This document shows, piece by piece, positions 1-14,760 of a stretch of 64,000 bases of DNA. The stretch lies in the NCBI GenBank assembly GCA_951406725.2, contig OX597822.1, forward strand, positions 67,704,001 to 67,768,000, written 5' to 3'. Within the stretch, counting starts at the first letter, position 1. Each line of letters starts with the position of its first letter. The DNA comes from Octopus vulgaris. Its lineage: Eukaryota. Made by a program: the position numbers and the translations under genes. The notes below the pieces were generated by a model that made no database searches, had not been told where the DNA came from, and saw nothing but the letters and a program-made list of their open reading frames with translations.

Positions 1-332
1 ATCTGGCGCCATGGATCTCGTGATTAAGAAATGTGTGTGTGTGTGTATGTGTCATTGTTATTATGTTTAACTGTCGTATGTTCAAATTTGGCCAAATGCG
101 TTTTTTCTTCAATATTTATTTTTGCTTGCAATAGCCGGTTATTTTGGTCAAACTATCATACCTTCAGCTGCTTCAGATATCAAGATATCAAAGATTGTCA
201 AAATGTATTACAACAGTTTTGCTATGGAATCGTGAAACTTCTCTCGTTTCCTGATAAAGCAACGTTTTGTACTTACGACACTTTTGCATAATTGTGTCTG
301 GGGAGAGTCAAAAACGAAATATATATATATAG

Positions 333-560
333 TCTTTTACTCTTTTACTTGTTTCAGCCATTTGACTGCAACCATGCTGAACCACCGCCTTTTAGTCGAG
401 CAAATCGACCCCAGGGCTTATTCATTCTTTGTAAGCCTAGAACTTATTCTATCGGTCTCTTTTGCTGAACTGCTAAGTTATAGGGGACGTAAACACACTA
501 ACATCGGTTGTCAATCGACTGTGGAGGGGTACAAACACAGAAACACAAACACACACACAA
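333..560 (-). mobile_element. tRNA/CORE-type SINE family B, 3' half
   Basis: Matches the 3' half of the copy at 22131-22545 (CTTTTACTTGTTTCAG..TTTGACTGC..GTCGAGCAAATCGACCCC). Confidence 0.85.
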
Positions 561-1037
561 ACCACAGACAAGCAATTTATAAAGAAATAAAAGATACTCT
601 ATGGCGTTGGGCATAGTTTTTCACAACTCTCTGTAACCAAAAAGACGCAACATCAGTTCGGAATCGATAAATATAATAATCGAACAAGGCCGGTGGATTG
701 GCATATTGCGATTGTGAAAGATGAAAGGCAAAGTTGATATCGGCAGTGTTTGAACTCAGAGCGCCGCTATATATATATTCTTCGCACACACACACACACA
801 CACATACACACACAGGTATATATATATATATACGTATATGTCAGTGTGTGAGGGTGTATGTGTATGTATGCATGAAATTAGATATATGACAAAGGAACCG
901 GAAATTATGCAATTCAGAAGCACAAGGATATTGAGTTCCAACCCCAGGTTATTAGTGTCGCCATGCCCAAGTGCCAAAATTAATATGTACGTGTGTGTGT
1001 GTGTGTGTAATATATATATATAATAAATATGCATAAC

Positions 1038-1384
<347 letters not shown>

Positions 1385-1390
1385 TATACA

Positions 1391-1752
1391 GCAACCACAT
1401 GGTTCCGGGTTTACCCCCATTGCGTGGCACCTTGGGCAAGTGTCTTCTGCTATGGCATCGGACCGACCAAAACCTTGTGAATGGATTTGGTAGACGGAAG
1501 CCGTCGTATATATGTATATCTATATATGTGTGCGTATGTGTTTGTGTGTCTGTGTTTCTACCCCTCCACAGTCGATTGACAACCGATGCTAGTGTGTTTA
1601 CGTCCCCTATACCTTAGCAGTTCAGCAAAAGAGACCGATAGAATAAGTACTAGGCTTACAAAGAATAAGTCCTGGGGTCGATGTACTCGACTAAAGGCGT
1701 TGCTCAAGCATGGCCGTAGACAAATGACTAAAACAAGTAAAAGAATAAAAGG
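1391..1752 (+). mobile_element. SINE family B, 5'-truncated
   Basis: GGTTCCGGGTTT..GTGGCACCTTGGGCAAGTGTCTTCT CORE-like block, internal microsatellite, AAAAGAAT tail; similar to 20657-21020. Confidence 0.88.
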
Positions 1753-1792
1753 ATTGAATATATGTGCGTGTATGCATATATGTATATAGTTG

Positions 1793-2136
<344 letters not shown>

Positions 2137-2220
2137 GTTTCTTTATTGGCCACACAGGGCTGCACACAGAGATAGATAGATAGATACAGATATATGCATA
2201 CATAGAAACATATACATGTA

Positions 2221-3499
2221 CGAGGGACGCTCAATAAGTAATGCCCCTGACCCACTTGCAGTTGTTTGAAATTTTGCATGTGCACTTATTCATATCTCTA
2301 CACATTAAGTAGTAAATTACAGCTTTGTACTAATTGTGGTTTCTGATTTACAGATGTTTGAACTGAGTCAAGTGTGAAATGGAGCCTGTTGAGTGTCGAG
2401 CAGTGATCCAGTTTTTGTATTTGAAAGGAGGCACACCACGGGAGACTTTTGATGAAACGAAAGTAACTTATGGTGATGATGCCCCATCATATGACCTTGT
2501 AAAACGCTGGCATCATGAATTCAAACATGGAACTCTGTGGAAACAGCTCCCAGATCTGGTCGCCCCCCTTCTGCTATTGATGAGGCATTTGTCCGTCAAG
2601 TTGAGGCTGCCATTTTGGAAGATCGACGCATAACTATTCGCCAAATAGCCCATGAGGTCAAGATTAGTACCGGATCTGTGGAAACTATCATTCATGACCA
2701 TTTGCATATGCAAAAGGTGTCTGCCAGATGGATTCCCAGGTTGCTCACGCCTTTCCAGAAGCAAGAACGCGTCGAGTGATCGAGGATGAATTTGGAGATG
2801 TGCCAAGAAGATGAGTCAAAATTTTTCAAAAGACTAATTACACAGGATGAAACCTGGGTCCATCACTATGATCCAGAGACCAAAGCCCAGTCAATGCAGT
2901 GGAATCACCGTGACTCATCTCCTCCAAAGAAGGCAAGGGTGCAGCCCTCCGCTCGCAAGGTCATGCTCACAGTCTTCTGGGACCAGGACGGAGTAGTGAT
3001 GACAGATTTCCTGGCAAAGGGTACCACAATTACAGGAGCCTATTATGCTTTACTTCTGAGGAAATCAAGAGAAGCTATCAAAATCAAGAGGCGGGGCAAG
3101 ATCAGCAAAGGCATCCTCCTCCTTCAGGATAACGCCCCGGTCCACAACTCGCGTGTCGCCAGATCAGAAGCACAGGCGTGCTGCTATGAAATCCTCCCCC
3201 ACCCCCCTACTCTCCTGACCTTGCACCCTCTCATTTTCGCCTCTTCCCAGCCATGAAGTTGTTTTTGAAAGGAAAGCGTTTCCCAGATGATGCAGCCTTG
3301 ATTTCTGAAGTCACGTCGTGGTTGGAGGACCAAGCTGGGGTCTTCTACAAAAACGGTCTCCAGAGCTGCATCAAACGATGGGAGAAATGCGTAACTCTGG
3401 GTGCTTCCTATGTAGAAAAGGACTTATTAATGTGCCAAGTTTCGTTGGTCTACTGTTATGGGAAGTGGGTCAGGGGCATTACTTATTGAACGCCCCTCG
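2221..3499 (+). mobile_element. Full-length mariner (Tc1/mariner) DNA transposon, 1279 bp
   Basis: 37-bp TIRs CGAGGGACGCTCAATAAGTAATGCCCCTGACCCACTT (2221-2257) and reverse complement at 3463-3499 (2 mismatches); TA on both sides (2219-2220, 3500-3501); internal transposase. Confidence 0.97.
2379..3430 (+). pseudogene. Mariner transposase pseudogene (frameshifts, internal stop)
   Basis: Split ORFs carry RSGRP, WIPRLLT (WVPHEL-like), ITQDETW, LLQDNAPVH, YSPDLAPSHF (third catalytic D reads H) and RWEKCV; frameshifts near 2530 and 3205; TGA at 2777. Confidence 0.95.
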
Positions 3500-3635
3500 T
3501 ATATAATATATAGTAAGTATATATAAAAAAATTGTGCTGGCATTCGTGTGTGTGTGTATCTCTGTATGTGTGTATGTCTATGTGTGTGTGTGTGTGCCTG
3601 CGTATAATATATATATGTAAAATATTTATGTACAT

Positions 3636-3682
<47 letters not shown>

Positions 3683-4975
3683 ATATAGATAGATTGATAC
3701 ACACATACATACATATATACATGCATACACATATACATACATACATACATAAATACATACACATGTACATAACGTGTAGTAAGTATATATATATATATAG
3801 AAAAAACGTGTGTGGGCATTTATGTAATATCTGTGTGTGTGTATGTGTGTGTGTGCGTTTATTTACATACATATCATGTGAATACGTTTCATACATATGT
3901 CAATACATACGTACATGCACATTATACCCACTAATATCTATGAATATATATCTATCAAATATACGTGTGTAATTTTGTGTGCTTCTCTGTCAATATATGT
4001 ATTCGTTTATATATTTATATACATACTTATTTACTTATTATACGTCGCTATACGTATCTATGAAAATTATTTTCCTACTCACGGGCAATTTCACACGTCA
4101 GACATTTTATCCTTTTGGACAGCAGTCTCAATATATAGCCGCTAACATCAGCACCATTGTCAAAACGTCTAGTTATCATTAATTCGTAATAGCTTAAACA
4201 AAGTAAGGCAACACATGCAGACAATGTATCAAAATATAATATATACTAAATCACTCAAATCACGAAGCTGAAAGAAAACCAATGAGAAAACTATTGAAGA
4301 TTATTACTAAAACAAAATGGCATGATTATTCATGTTATTTTCTCGCCAATTGACAAAACATCAAAGGCGTTAAGTTGCTTTATTTTGACATCAAACTAAA
4401 GACTATCAATTTTCACTGCGTTTTGTCTTTGAGTTAAGACTCCGATGTGTCATGATGCATTAAGCTATCATTTATACCAAATGTTTATAAAGATTATGCT
4501 TTGCGTTATATTTTTATCTCATAAAAATGTATAGACAAGACGTTGGTAAGATCTGTGAAGCAGAATCTGTTGGAGCGGGGTGGGAGGGGGGGCGAGGTCA
4601 TGGAACATCAGAACGGAATGAATACATGCTCCCGTCGTTTCGTTTAGTTTCGATTCGAGTTCTTGTCTGCACATGCGTATGATTGCAAGCATGCATGCAT
4701 GCCGGCATGCTTGAATGTACGTATGTATGTATGTATGTATGTATGTATGTATGTATGTATGTATGTATGTATGTATGTATGTATGTATGTATGTATGTAT
4801 GGATGGATGGATGGATGGATGGATGTATGAATGGATGTATGTATGTATGGATAGATGGTGGATGGATGGATGGATGGATGGATTGATGGATGGATGGATG
4901 GATGGATGGATGGATGAACGTGTGAAGTTATGTATTTATCTCTATCTCTTTTAGTATACGTGTCGTTGCATATAC

Positions 4976-5010
<35 letters not shown>

Positions 5011-5016
5011 TGTATG

Positions 5017-5058
<42 letters not shown>

Positions 5059-5153
5059 CGACAGGAGCAGTACTAATACCAAAAAGTTATATTTACGTAC
5101 CGCAGTATTGTGTGCTCTAATACAACATCCACCTTTAAGTGGGGATAAATATC

Positions 5154-5196
<43 letters not shown>

Positions 5197-5618
5197 TCTT
5201 TATTTATGTTGCTCGTCAGTATCTATTATACGTTCAGAGATAGTTTTGATATTACGACATACAACATCACTTTTATTCAGGTTATTTCTACTCTCTTTCT
5301 CCAGCCTTAAATCCTTCTATGTATTTCGTTTGTAAATTAATAATCTACTTGATGTTGCATCTAATCAACCGCAGTTCTCCATAATCTCCCGCTTATTTGC
5401 ACAATCTTCATACAAGCTAGTCACATTATGCAAGCTAGATTAGTACTACTTCAATGAAACAATAAACTTAAAACATCGAATGAAGTCTGGAGATAATAGT
5501 CTCATTAACCATGACAACAATATTACTACTACGAATACGCCCTAGTCACTTTATATAACCTTCAACGCCGTTTCATTTCTTAATCTTTACACAGCTGTAA
5601 TTTATTTCCCCATTTTTA

Positions 5619-5826
5619 GGGCGGTGAGCTGGCAGAATCATTAGCACGCCGTACAAAATACTCAGTGACATTTCGTCTGGCTTTACATTTCGAGTTCAAA
5701 TTCCGCCCAGATCGACTTTGCATTTCATTATTTCGGGGCCCCTAACATAAATAGAAATCTTACACTAGGACCGATGTCTTATACCCATCACCGTAATTAT
5801 TGGCCTTGTACCAATATTTGGAACCA
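5619..5826 (+). mobile_element. tRNA-derived SINE family A
   Basis: GGCGGTGAGCTGGCAGAATC head, B-box-like GAGTTCAAATTCC, GACTTTGCATTTCAT core; other copies at 7582-7797, 19565-19775, 43122-43330, 53290-53460(-), 60085-60715(-). Confidence 0.88.
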
Positions 5827-7245
5827 ATATTACCAACATCAAAATAAATTCTTACATATCTCAGACAGCGCTATTTATTTCACACACGAACATCCTAGAC
5901 AAGTATCTGAATGATGTTCATATATCCGATTGGTTCATACTCACCAGCATGTTATAACACTTGTCCCATTCCTTCAGTCATTTCCACCCGTATTATATGA
6001 ATCATTTTGTAGATGTTAAATTTGGAAGTCAACCTGAACGGGATTCATACAGTGATAACATCTAATACAAATGTTCTCAAAGCCTGTGGGTAGCTGTGAG
6101 TACACACTTTTGACAAATGCCGTTGAGGTCCAAATGCATTTGACATTCTCATTTGCCACTGCTTGGACGAATTTCATCTTCATGCGACATATCTGGTACT
6201 TTTAAACACAGTACCTACTGATAAAATGTTATATCGGGATGAATGCCACAGTAAAATGGCCTATTAACAATGTATGTACATTGAAAAATTGCCACGAAAT
6301 TTTGGGAGACGGTTTAAGATCAATATAATTTACCGTAAGATGATTGGTTCGAGATATTTAACTGTAATCTGTTATTTTAAGGAGTCTCGGAGACACCACC
6401 GTTACCTGATTTAACCGATTCTGTATTTGCTTGGCTTTGTCTTTACTTTATCACTTAGGAAATATGGGGAGGGTTATTAGCCTCGATAGAAATTGAAATT
6501 ACAACACAAAATATTGAAATTAAAGCAGTGCTAATAACGTAAACATTATCGATGACGTATTCATCGTGTATGTGTTTTATTTATACACCCATTAGCTGCG
6601 GTATAGCGTCGTGGAAAACATCCCTCGGCGTCGTGAATGGACGTTTGGTAGGACGTTATCGTGCAGTTAATGGGTGTATGAACAAAACAAACAACGAATG
6701 CGTCATTTTTAATGTTTTCAAATAATTGGAATTTGAGCACCACAAGACATTTTGTCAGGCGCTCTGACAATTCCACCTATCCAAACCGATGTAATAAAAT
6801 GAATATATTAATTTGCAAGGAGGACTAAATTAAGCATTGCAAATTAATGACGCACACGTTAATTATACAGTACACTTGCTGTTTACTGTGGCGATATTCA
6901 CATAATACATTCTACATAGATGTAGAATGGGAAGGTACGATTAATAATTTCGGCCTACAATATTGCTCTGTGCCGCCAGTAAAGAGATACAATTGTGCTC
7001 TCAGCAACTTATTTTTGATATTCAATCAACTGAGATATCTGAAATCCATATTTGAATATAAATTTAAGCAATTTGGAAAATTTGACTTTAATTTCCTGGT
7101 AGCTTTTCTGAACGGAAACATAACAAAATTAGGTCTTTAGAAATTAAAAAATAATTAATATTCATTCAAATGTAGCTGTCTATTAGTTTGTATTGGATTT
7201 ATTATAATTACAAGTTATCATTTTATTCTAAATGGAATTTCAAAA

Positions 7246-7320
<75 letters not shown>

Positions 7321-7581
7321 CTCCATATTCAGAAATGAAATGCTAATATAGAATAGCGTTATTATCCTATAACCAGTAATTTCTACAAACGTCCATATAG
7401 CGGTGCGAAATTAATTAGTTTGTGGATGCGATGAAGAAAACCTCTACTCATTATTTGTAACAAATTCAGAGATGATGAAAAGCAGTATCGGCAAAGCGTG
7501 GGAGAAAATACAAGTTGTATATCAATACGTCTCTTTACAACCTGAGTTCGAATCCTATCGAAGATGAATTCACGTATATAA

Positions 7582-7797
7582 GGCGACGAAGCTGGTAGAA
7601 TCGTTAGCGCACCAAAAAAAAAAACAACAACAAAAGAATGCTTCACGGCATTTCTTCTGTCTTTACGTTCTGAGTTCAAATTCCGCCGAGGTCGAATCTG
7701 CTTTTTATCCTCTCGGAATCAATGAAATTAGCACCAGTTAAGTACTGGGTTCGATGTGGACGACTTTTCGCCTCCTCTGAAAAACTGCTAGCCATGT
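7582..7797 (+). mobile_element. SINE family A
   Basis: TTACGTTCTGAGTTCAAATTCCGCCGAGGTCGA shared with other family A copies. Confidence 0.85.
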
Positions 7798-8301
7798 AAC
7801 CATTATCTTGAATATCTGCCTGATAAACGAATTTTATATAATGCATTCAGAGTAAATTTATAGATACTTAATCCTCTCGCAAAATTATGGCATTGTGTTA
7901 ATATAGGAATTTTACCGTTGTTGATAATCAAACCCAGTTTGGTAGGCAGATAAGAAAAGGAATTTACAAAACGTGACCATCACTATGTTTTCATGTATTG
8001 TGCACTTAGAACTGCATTAGCAAAAATCGCATCCTCCACTTAAATCAGTGTATTTGAGGTACATTTGGTTGCTATTTGTAGCATATCAAACAACCTTATT
8101 CATTGCATTAAAGACGAACTTTTATCCCGGCACGTTAAAATTATAATTTCTGTAACACACCTGTAATGATAGTGCCAAATATGAACAAGTATTTTGGTTT
8201 TGTGTAAATGCTTATTACATAACCCTTTTATAACCTGATATTGCAAAAAGATTATTTTTTCATTTGTTTCATCATTTGTTCCGTAAAACCTGCTGCAGGA
8301 T

Positions 8302-8497
8302 ATGCATGGTTTCCGCAGCGGCAGGGACTGCATAACACAGCTCCTGCATCACTTTAATTATATCCTATAAGCTCTAGAAGATGGCTCCAATAAGGTTGCC
8401 TTCAACCTGAATTTCAGCTAGGCAAGGTTGCCTATCGCATGCTGTTAAAGAAGCTATCGAACATTGGAATCCGAGTGAAGCTATTAAAGTGAATTGA
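8302..8497 (+). mobile_element. CR1/L2-type LINE reverse transcriptase fragment (decayed)
   Basis: Manual translation MHGFRSGRDCITQLLHHFNYIL*ALEDGSNKVAFNLNFS*A..MLLKKLSNIGI resembles the QHGFR..RSC.TQLL....YLDF.KAFD..H..LL.KL...GI RT region. Confidence 0.8.
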
Positions 8498-8874
8498 ACG
8501 TTTGACCGGAGTCTCGCACGCTTGGAGTCCAACCGATTATATTTTTGTGTATCTTTCAAATGCCTTCACTTTGGCCGCGCTGAGATCGGAAAAACCACCC
8601 AGCAGCTAATAAGTAGCAGCAGTCAATTTACCGGTTAGAGAACATATTTATTTAATTTAAAATTTAATAAGGGTAGAAATTGATATTAATCAATTAAAAC
8701 CAGGGACCCAGCATATTAAAAAAATCCGAAGATTAAAATATTTTTACATACAAAATTTAAAGTGAAGGCATTTGAAAGATACACAAAAATATAATCGGTT
8801 GGACTGCATGCATGCGAGACTCCGGTCAAACGTTTTTGCATCTAGTCCTGCAGATTGTATTTCTATATGACAGA

Positions 8875-8938
8875 CCATGCTGACGAGATTGCAGTTTATC
8901 CTTGCGGATATTAACAATCGAAACTGATCAGTACATGG
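8875..8938 (+). ncRNA. Type I hammerhead ribozyme, intact core
   Basis: Stem I CCATG/CATGG; core CTGACGA (8880-8886); stem II GATTG/CAATC with inner TATCC/GGATA hairpin; GAAA; palindromic stem III ACTGATCAGT; GTA cleavage triplet (8931-8933). Confidence 0.85.
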
Positions 8939-9237
8939 GTAATCATTTTTATTTCGTATATTTTCATTTGTCTTGCTTATTTTTAATGCTTTGGTTTTGT
9001 GTTGAGTTTTTATTTGAGAACATATTCTTTGTGGAAAATAGCGATTTGACGTCTATATCTAGCATGTTGACCGTCCACTTTTAGTGGTCAGTCCTTTAAA
9101 TTATATATATATATATATGTTTTCTCTATAGCCGTCCATCAAAAACAAACATTCAGTTGTTTCGCGTAGAAACTACACACACACACTCTTAGACACAGTC
9201 AGAAACACACACACACACACACACAGAGGGGAGGACA

Positions 9238-9292
<55 letters not shown>

Positions 9293-9892
9293 AGAGACAC
9301 AAAGAGACATGTATATGCTCTTGTTAAAACAGATGTATTTTATTATTGCTAAAGATGAATATTCTAAGTGTATTAAAGTGTGTACGAATGTACGTACATA
9401 CGTACGTATGTATGTATATATTTATGTATATTTATATGTACATAAGTAGAGTGGAGACGCTTAAGGGGTGGGGAGTCTGTAACTGCCTATGTACAAGTTT
9501 GCATGAATATTCAAAATTTAAAATGTTGAAAGTTCGTGTATTTTCCGTCTCAATTATCAAAGAGATACAGCTTGTTCATGTGTAATTCAATGACGTAGAT
9601 ATTTATAAGTATATTTCATTTATTTCTGCTTATTTATATATGCATATGTACACATATACATACATACATACATGCATACATTTATATAGGTGTGTGTGTG
9701 TGTGTGTGTGTACGTTTATGTGCAGGTATGTACATATGTATATAGGTATCATGTTTGTATATCCGTATTTATATGTGTACATTTTGCGTATATATAATCA
9801 TATATATATATATGCATACACATACATATATATCCATATATACACACACACACGCACCTCCGCCCCACTCACACACACACGCACACTCAGAT

Positions 9893-9942
<50 letters not shown>

Positions 9943-10299
9943 TGAGCGTAGCCAGTTACATGAATTTCGTCAACAGACGCATGACTGTATATTAAGTACA
10001 ATAAAACATAAATTCTTGATTTACTGAAAGTTGTCTTCCTCTCAAAAGCCAGTGGAAAAGTGACTGGTGGTATTTGCGACCGAATATGAATCAGGAGGGA
10101 CTCTCGTATAATTTCAAAACCGAAAATATTCCGTATTCAATATGAGATAAATGGTAAAGTAGTTTGTATTTTACTTTCCAAATGACGGATGAACAGCTGT
10201 GGATACGATTTTAAACATGAATAGGCATCGCTAGCGCAGCAGTTTTCTACCTTGTATCCAACAGACATGACTGTTAGATGTTATACGAATGTATCAAGT

Positions 10300-10840
10300 T
10301 CCATCTCATGGCAAAATGTGTAAAAACGCCATATCTGCTCAATGTTTCCTTCCAGCGGGTTCTCAGACGCGTGTCTGGTTCTTTAGGCTTCCTCTATGGC
10401 AAATACCGTAGAGAAATACCCCAGGTTGATTCAAAGACGTACATTTAACTAAAATACAGCCATCACTAGTGACTGGGTTGTGCTAGTGGACCTCCTGGTC
10501 GGAATAAGAAATACATTTTCTCCACGGTAATTGCCAGTGAATTTGTCTTTAGAAGTCAAAATAGGTCAGACATTTTAACTAACCTAAAGTTCGTTTATTC
10601 CTAGTCACTGCTTAGCGCTGGTGCTCTTACTCTTATTCCGACCAGGCAGTCTACTAATGTAACTCAGTCGATAATGCTGACTGGGTTTTAGTTAAAAGTA
10701 GGCTTTGAATATGCCCAGGGTCATCTCCTTTCAGTATTTTCTATAGAGGGAGAAGGGTAAAGAGCCAGAAATCCACTACAGCGAAGCACTGGTGAGATAT
10801 GATGTTTTTACAGGTTTACCACAAGAAGGAATTTTTCTTC
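10300..10840. repeat. Diverged long inverted repeat (foldback/MITE-like)
   Basis: CCTGGTCGGAATAAGA vs TCTTATTCCGACCAGG; TTTAACTAAAA vs TTTTAGTTAAA; TGTAAAAACGCCATATCT vs AGATATGATGTTTTTACA. Confidence 0.7.
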
Positions 10841-10843
10841 ACG

Positions 10844-10885
<42 letters not shown>

Positions 10886-11190
10886 TTGTATGTATGTATG
10901 TATGTATGTATGTATGTATGTATGTATGTATGTATGTATGTATGTATGTATGTATGTATTTATATACATTAAACTATGGTTGCAGAACCAACAAATACAA
11001 GGTCATCCACGTAACATTTCATATCTCGAACATTTAATCATAGGATATACAGGTCATGTATGCATTATTCGAGGGTATGGGAATATTCTTTGTCTCATTT
11101 AATTGAGCACTTCTATAGCAGTTCTATTAAACATTTTGTTCCTGATAAGAAACAATCACTGTATTATTGATGTATATATATATATACATA

Positions 11191-11680
11191 TAATCAAAAT
11201 AAGCAACAAGGATATCCAAGGTAGAGTAGAGCAATTGCTTCATGCTACTTCATTTTATTAAACACTGTAAGTATTACATCAGTTTTAAAATGGCGAGCAA
11301 TCTTCAGCCACATATAGAATTTTTCAATTAAACGGACAATGCACATTTTTATACTTATCTCATTTGCCAACATTACAAAGAGGGTAGATATATGGACAGA
11401 GAGGTAGGTATAAGAAAAGTATAAGAATGTGCATTGTCCGTTTAATTAAAAAATTTCTATATGTGGCTGAAGATTGCTCGACATTTTAAGACTGATGTAA
11501 GACTTACAGTGTTTAATAAAATGAAGTAGCATGAAAGAACTGTACTACTCTACGTTGGATATCCTTGTTGCTTATTTTGATTATAATCACCCTATTTGAC
11601 TTATATGGATAATACCATACAAAATTCTGGTGCCTTTAACTTAAGTGCCATATTCATCTGAATCTAAATTTTGCTGAACT
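11191..11680 (+). mobile_element. Inverted pLTR-like hairpin element flanked by (TA)n, with degenerate HHR-like motif
   Basis: Arms 11191-11356 and 11417-11583 are reverse complements; right arm has CTGAAGA (11467) ..GAAA (11533) and continues into a tail shared with 12270-12325 and 18170-18245. Confidence 0.75.
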
Positions 11681-11703
11681 TATATATATATATATATATA
11701 TAC

Positions 11704-11761
<58 letters not shown>

Positions 11762-12128
11762 AGGTATGTATGTATGTATGTATTTATGTATGTATGTATG
11801 TATGTATGTATGTATGTATGTATGTATAGATAGATAGATAGACAGATATATATATATATAAGCACTCCACCTCCCTTCCTGTCACCATAACATTTTTCCT
11901 ATATTAACTACTAACTTGAGCGAGCGAATTAGTTCTTTTGACTACAACTAGTCAGAGAATCACTAAGTGGCACAAAGTGGTGATTTGGAGAATGTTTTTT
12001 TTTAATGCGTAATTTGTGTATATTCACGCGATGAAAACGAGCTTTCTTTTTCGCATGAGGTAATATGCGATTCCTTGGGTAAAATTATACTAATGCGTCC
12101 TTCTAATTTAATTAAATTCAATGTCCTG

Positions 12129-12220
12129 TGCAGTTGAAGATTGCTCTAGATTTTAAATTGATGTAATGAAATGATTGCATTGTTCAATTAAACGGAGTCG
12201 CATGAAACGCTCGTAATGCA
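12129..12220 (+). ncRNA. Degenerate type I hammerhead motif (relative of the 11191 element)
   Basis: TGCAG-TTGAAGA-TTGC...GCAT-GAAACGCTCGTA-ATGCA; C3 is T and the first stem I pair is mismatched. Confidence 0.5.
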
Positions 12221-12321
12221 TTACCTCTGTTGCTTATTTTGATTTTAATCACCTTATTTTGAAATTGTCTGGATAATACCATACTAAATTCTGGTGCCTC
12301 AACTTAAGTACCATATTCATC

Positions 12322-12367
<46 letters not shown>

Positions 12368-12390
12368 TATGTGAGTGTGTGTATACGTAG

Positions 12391-12427
<37 letters not shown>

Positions 12428-13213
12428 AAATACAACAGTTACTATGGTCTTCCTGATCTCTGATGTATGAAGTAAATAATTCTACATATTCTACGACCTA
12501 TGAGTTAGATATTTTAATGGAGCCATAAATGCTATCTAATTAAGTAGATAACAATTCTATTACACTTTTAGAAATACAAGAAAATATTATGCATGATTGT
12601 TTTTAACAATAACATAATTTGGAATTCTTTTTCTTGTTCTAATTTTAAACATGACATCCTGTCATTTACCATATCACAGAATGTCGAGCAGCATGAGATT
12701 CCAATCCTGCAAAACCACTTTAAAATTGCCTCATTTATTCTAGAAAGGAAGTACCGTTACAATAACACCTAAATCCTAAAACATCTTTCAGCTTTTCTTT
12801 GTACTCGAGAACATATGAAGATAGAAGTATTATTAACTCGGAAACAGCTCAAAGTTACAGGAAATTTCAACATCAGTGGTGTTTTAGGTAGACTATATGT
12901 TTCCCACGCAATGAGGGCGATCATAAGTATAATATTCGTATTAACATGATATCAGACCCAGATCGTATTGCCGAAGCAACGTCTCCAGCAGAGGTAAAAG
13001 TTTAACAATTATCCTGTTCAGGTTTGTGAACACGAACACGAAAATATCATGGCGATACCTAATGAAATTGAAATGAAGCATAAAATAAAATAGAAAGAAA
13101 TTAGTTCGATGTAGAAACATCGAAAAATCTGAAAACAAACAAACATACTCAATAACATAGACACATACTGTCATTCATACAGCTACATATACACACATAC
13201 TTACACACACACA

Positions 13214-13328
<115 letters not shown>

Positions 13329-13671
13329 TTATATATATATGTTATCAGAGATCAATGTATACTTCAAAGTTTCGCAGCTAGAAACTTCAGAGAATAGTCA
13401 CCATTGCCAATAAATATTATTTTGATTCTACTGTCATTATTGACTCTTATTTGGTCTTTATGTGGCGAACTTAAGATACCGATCTGTACGAGTAGTCATT
13501 ACATACGTGTGTGTGTGTATACATATATATGTATATATATATGTCTATGTATGTATATATATGTATTTGTGCATATATACATACATATGTATATATATAC
13601 ATGTATGTATTTATTTTATTTTATTTTATCTAGTTTCAGCTCATGAGCTGTGGCGATGCTGGGGCACCGCC

Positions 13672-13717
<46 letters not shown>

Positions 13718-13735
13718 AAGGTCACTCCTAAATTG

Positions 13736-13770
<35 letters not shown>

Positions 13771-14104
13771 CATACACATACATATATGTATATATACATA
13801 CATGCATACATACATACGTTTATAAATATACATACATGCATGCATACATACATACATACATACATACATACATACATACATACATACATACATACATACA
13901 AGAGCGCATTACGGAATCTTATCGTAAAACAACATCCCGTACAGCGAAATCAAATCTCTGAGTGACTTTCATATTATATGGCGTAATGCCTTCCGTCGGA
14001 TTTTTTAAACAGTACCAACGATCAAGCAACACGGAATGCTTTATGTAGCAAAACAATCTCTAAATATACACTGTGCAAAATGTATGCATAAAAACATTTG
14101 GAAA

Positions 14105-14690
14105 TAAGAGCACTTAGAGAGCGCAAACCTCCGCCAAGATAACACCAACGTCCTCTCAATGATTTTTAAGATGAGAATATCTTAAATAAACTCGACTGCT
14201 CTTACAAACGAGAATACCAATAATGAACCCGACCACTCTCAAAAATTAAGTAAAAAAAAAAACGGAAAAATAATCAAGAATCCTTGTCTGGTACCAAATC
14301 GATTCCAATGGTAGTCATGGAATGTAAAGTAGTCATGGAATGTAGAAAATTTATTAACAGTAATAAATAGTTTAACTTTATCTAATACAAGCCAAAGTTA
14401 ACAAATTCACAATTCAAAATAGCTACCACGAAAAGGGAGATAACTGAGAAAGACTTCAAAGGTAACGTAAGATGGTAATCAAGTAAAGTAAATATAACAA
14501 ATAACCCAGAATCCTTGTCCGGTACCGGATTGATCCCAAAGTCTAATCGATTCGTGCCAGTCACGAGGCCGAACATCCTTGAAAGTTTCGTCCGAATCTA
14601 TCCAGCGGTTCTGGAGATATCTTGTCCACGGTCAAACAAACAAACACAACTGAAATAAAACCTCCGCCTTCGCCAAGGAGGAAGAAATAA
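14105..14690. mobile_element. Helentron/DINE-like non-autonomous element (tentative)
   Basis: One end AAGAGCACTTAGAGAGCGCAAACCTCCGCCAAG; other end (CAAA)n then AAACCTCCGCCTTCGCCAAGGAGG hairpin; the repeated CCTCCGCC subterminal motif plus hairpin fits this class. Confidence 0.5.
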
Positions 14691-14760
14691 ATACGAGAAG
14701 CATTGTAGATGTTTTGAGTTGTTTTTTTAGCTGCGGTGGTTATAAATATTCTAGATTACT

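Noticed and set aside
5945-6215. Minus-strand segment bounded by splice-like signals (TTTTATCAG ... CTG|GTGAGT)
   Set aside because: Stops in all three frames and no recognisable protein; a non-coding exon cannot be excluded
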